Of a DNA stretch of 22,061 nt, positions 19,957 through 22,061 are shown piece after piece (within the stretch, counting starts at the first letter, position 1; each line of letters begins with the position of its first letter). A program made the position numbers and the translations under genes. Source of the stretch: Ginkgo biloba (lineage: Eukaryota > Plantae > Ginkgophyta); contig JANKJI020000004.1 in NCBI GenBank assembly GCA_024626585.2, forward strand, positions 177,255,222 to 177,277,282, in the 5' to 3' direction. The notes under the pieces were generated by a model that had not been told where the DNA came from, searched no databases, and worked only from the letters and a program-made list of their open reading frames with translations.

Positions 19957-21105
19957 ACTTATAAATACAATATTGGATGCACATAATTTTTTTTTTGTTG
20001 GTGCCTACTTTAAAATTTGGTTGAATACTTTGACTGTTATGTTTTCTTATGGATTATATAAAGTACTTGTGTGGCGTTGGATTATAAATTCTCTAATCAA
20101 AATAATGAAAATTTGATTCAAATAGTACTTTCCTTTCTTACTTATAAGTGATTTGGGATAACCAAACTCAATGATAATATTCTAAAAATTGACTTGTCAA
20201 TCTTTCAAAAAACCCTTAACATCCATAGTTTCAAACTTGTTATTAACAACAAGACTTTACCTTTGGAAGAAGCAACAAGAGGACTTGCCAATCTTCCAAA
20301 ATCTAACTTGCTAATATTTCTAAAAACCCTCACTATTCATGGTTAAAATTTTGTTATTAGTGTCAGACTTTGGACTCATAAACTCAATAGAAAGTTAAAA
20401 ATATTCTTCCATCATCGAATTCTNNNNNNNNNNNNNNNNNNNNNNNNNNNNNNNNNNNNNNNNNNNNNNNNNNNNNNNNNNNNNNNNNNNNNNNNNNNNN
20501 TTAGGAAGTAAATAACATTATCTTCCAGGGCTTGAATATTGATGTGGCTATTTCCTTCTACACTCTAATAATGGCCATTTTGACAATGTTTTTCTCTTTA
20601 AAAATTACATAGATATTATCTTCAGATCTCATATTTTTAGAGGGTATAATTTAGATAAGTTATTCATATCTCTAAATTTTGATAGATAGTCCTAAAGAAT
20701 TACTTTGACCTTTAAATTCTAAAGTTACAAATTGAAAACTTATAATGAAAATTGAAGTTCTTTCCTCAATTCTCAACTTGGTAGCTCTTTTCCATCTATA
20801 TGTTTCTTGTTAAGTCTTTAGATTTCCATATATCTATTTTCTAATGTATATTTATATTATTATTTTTTAAACTTTCTTAAGGTTATATGTCATTTATAAT
20901 AATGTGTTAAAATTTTCCAATTATAATTTGAAGCTCTTAAAAATTTACCAATTGGTTATAATTTGACATTAAGATTTTCCTCGAGGAAACTTTAATCTTT
21001 GTGTTGCATTTACAAGAAGTGAGAAAGGTGAAGGAAAAGGAGTAATAATTTGAGGAGGTTGTTAGTACAAGTGAGTTCATGGTGTTCCATAAATAATTTT
21101 AGCAT

Positions 21106-21510
21106 GGATTGCCCCTCTAAAAAATAATTGACCATGTGATTGAGTTAAGGTGAAGGATCTAAAATTTGAACTACATTTACAACTTGTTAGGTATCAAGCA
21201 TAACAAAGGAGCAAATCAGAGGCAAATGTGAGAATATTTAAATTAAATATTCTTAGTCCTTAAGAAAAAGTCCATATGCTTCACTAGTGGGTTGGTTAAA
21301 AAAATGGTTGCATCTTTAAGGATGGAGCCTGAAGCATGGTTTTAATCAAGATCAAGTGCTTAGGGTTTAGAATTGATGAACTATTGGATTAACTCAAAAT
21401 GATGTTAGGGGATTCAAGAAGAGTGATTTATGGTCATCATGCCACTAATTATAATTATGAATCAAGGATACAAATGAGAACAAGTGAGCATTATTTTATT
21501 TCTTTTAGTC
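21106..21510 (+). mobile_element. Highly decayed Ty3/gypsy RT N-terminal remnant
   Basis: Residual motifs in the correct order across frameshifts: 'GLPL*KIIDHVIEL', 'KSPYASLV', 'LVKK...SLRM', 'RIDELLD*L', 'FKKSDLWSSCH*'. These compare with GLPP..IDH.IEL, SPYASP, LVKKKDG, RIDELLD.L and FSK.DL.SGYHQ. Confidence 0.75.
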
Positions 21511-22061
21511 TCACTCATAACATCCTTGCTTATTAAACCTATAAAACTAGTGCTTTAGCCTTGTGGACATTATGCTACCACAAAAATAAAAGAAAAATAA
21601 TTTAAGTAAAAAATATATATATTTTTATTTAACCCATAAGAATGCAATGTATTCAATATTCATCCATTATAGATATTTATTTATGTAGATTAAAAATAAA
21701 CTACATTAAATTTTAAGTTTTAGTAAGAAAAGGCATTTGACTAAGATTGACTTGTAGTAAAGCATCTAACTACTTGTTGTTAAAGTTATTTGTAGTTGTT
21801 TTGAATTCAATTAAATAATTAAGACCTCCAAGCTAAGTTAAAACTTAAGTTAAAAGTTACAATTTTTTAAAATTAAATTTAATTAAAATCGTTAACAATT
21901 AGTAAAGGTGTTATAAATTAATATAAATACCTTCCTCCACTTGGTACATCTTAAAATGAGTTTAGTGATAGTAACTATTCATTTATGATTTCCTATAGTG
22001 GTTAACAATTGTTTTACATGCATAAATTCTATATGGGATTAGTTTCTATTGACGTAAAAAA

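Noticed and set aside
19754-20116. 120-aa hydrophobic ORF as a membrane protein
   Set aside because: Phe/Ile/Leu richness reflects T-rich sequence. It straddles a putative LTR end and has no motif or splice support.
20501-20850. Possible minus-strand copia gag or LRR remnant ('DYLSKFRDMNNL')
   Set aside because: A single weak motif in very AT-rich decayed sequence, with no periodicity confirmed.
743-21370. Scattered single AAACCCTA/TAGGGTTT telo-boxes (e.g. ~743, 6771, 6862, 15209, 19664, 21361)
   Set aside because: Common in plant TEs and non-coding DNA, and not arrayed.

Overview
Fragmented, AT-rich land-plant nuclear DNA. Nine gaps of exactly 100 N join contigs of about 1-6 kb, so adjacency across them is unproven. 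The one host gene I can support is a spliced, probably chloroplast-targeted DnaJ-like cysteine-rich zinc-finger gene (DNAJE1 class). Its exons are 5487-5663 and 5768-6044, and I could not find the expected final exon in the window. Most of the rest is decayed retroelement sequence: Ty3/gypsy protease/RT/RNase H/integrase pieces, a Tat/Ogre-like gag, a Ty1/copia gag, two LINE fragments, LTR segments, a tRNA-iMet PBS and a PPT. There are also several tandem repeats, including a ~181-bp array with apparent dimeric structure and a GC-rich 290/272-bp duplication. I do not see a convincing new biological system. The best leads are an in-frame upstream ATG adding a KRRRR-containing extension to the plastid-type protein, the missing last exon, and the repeat structures. 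All family assignments come from motif recognition by eye, not database searches.
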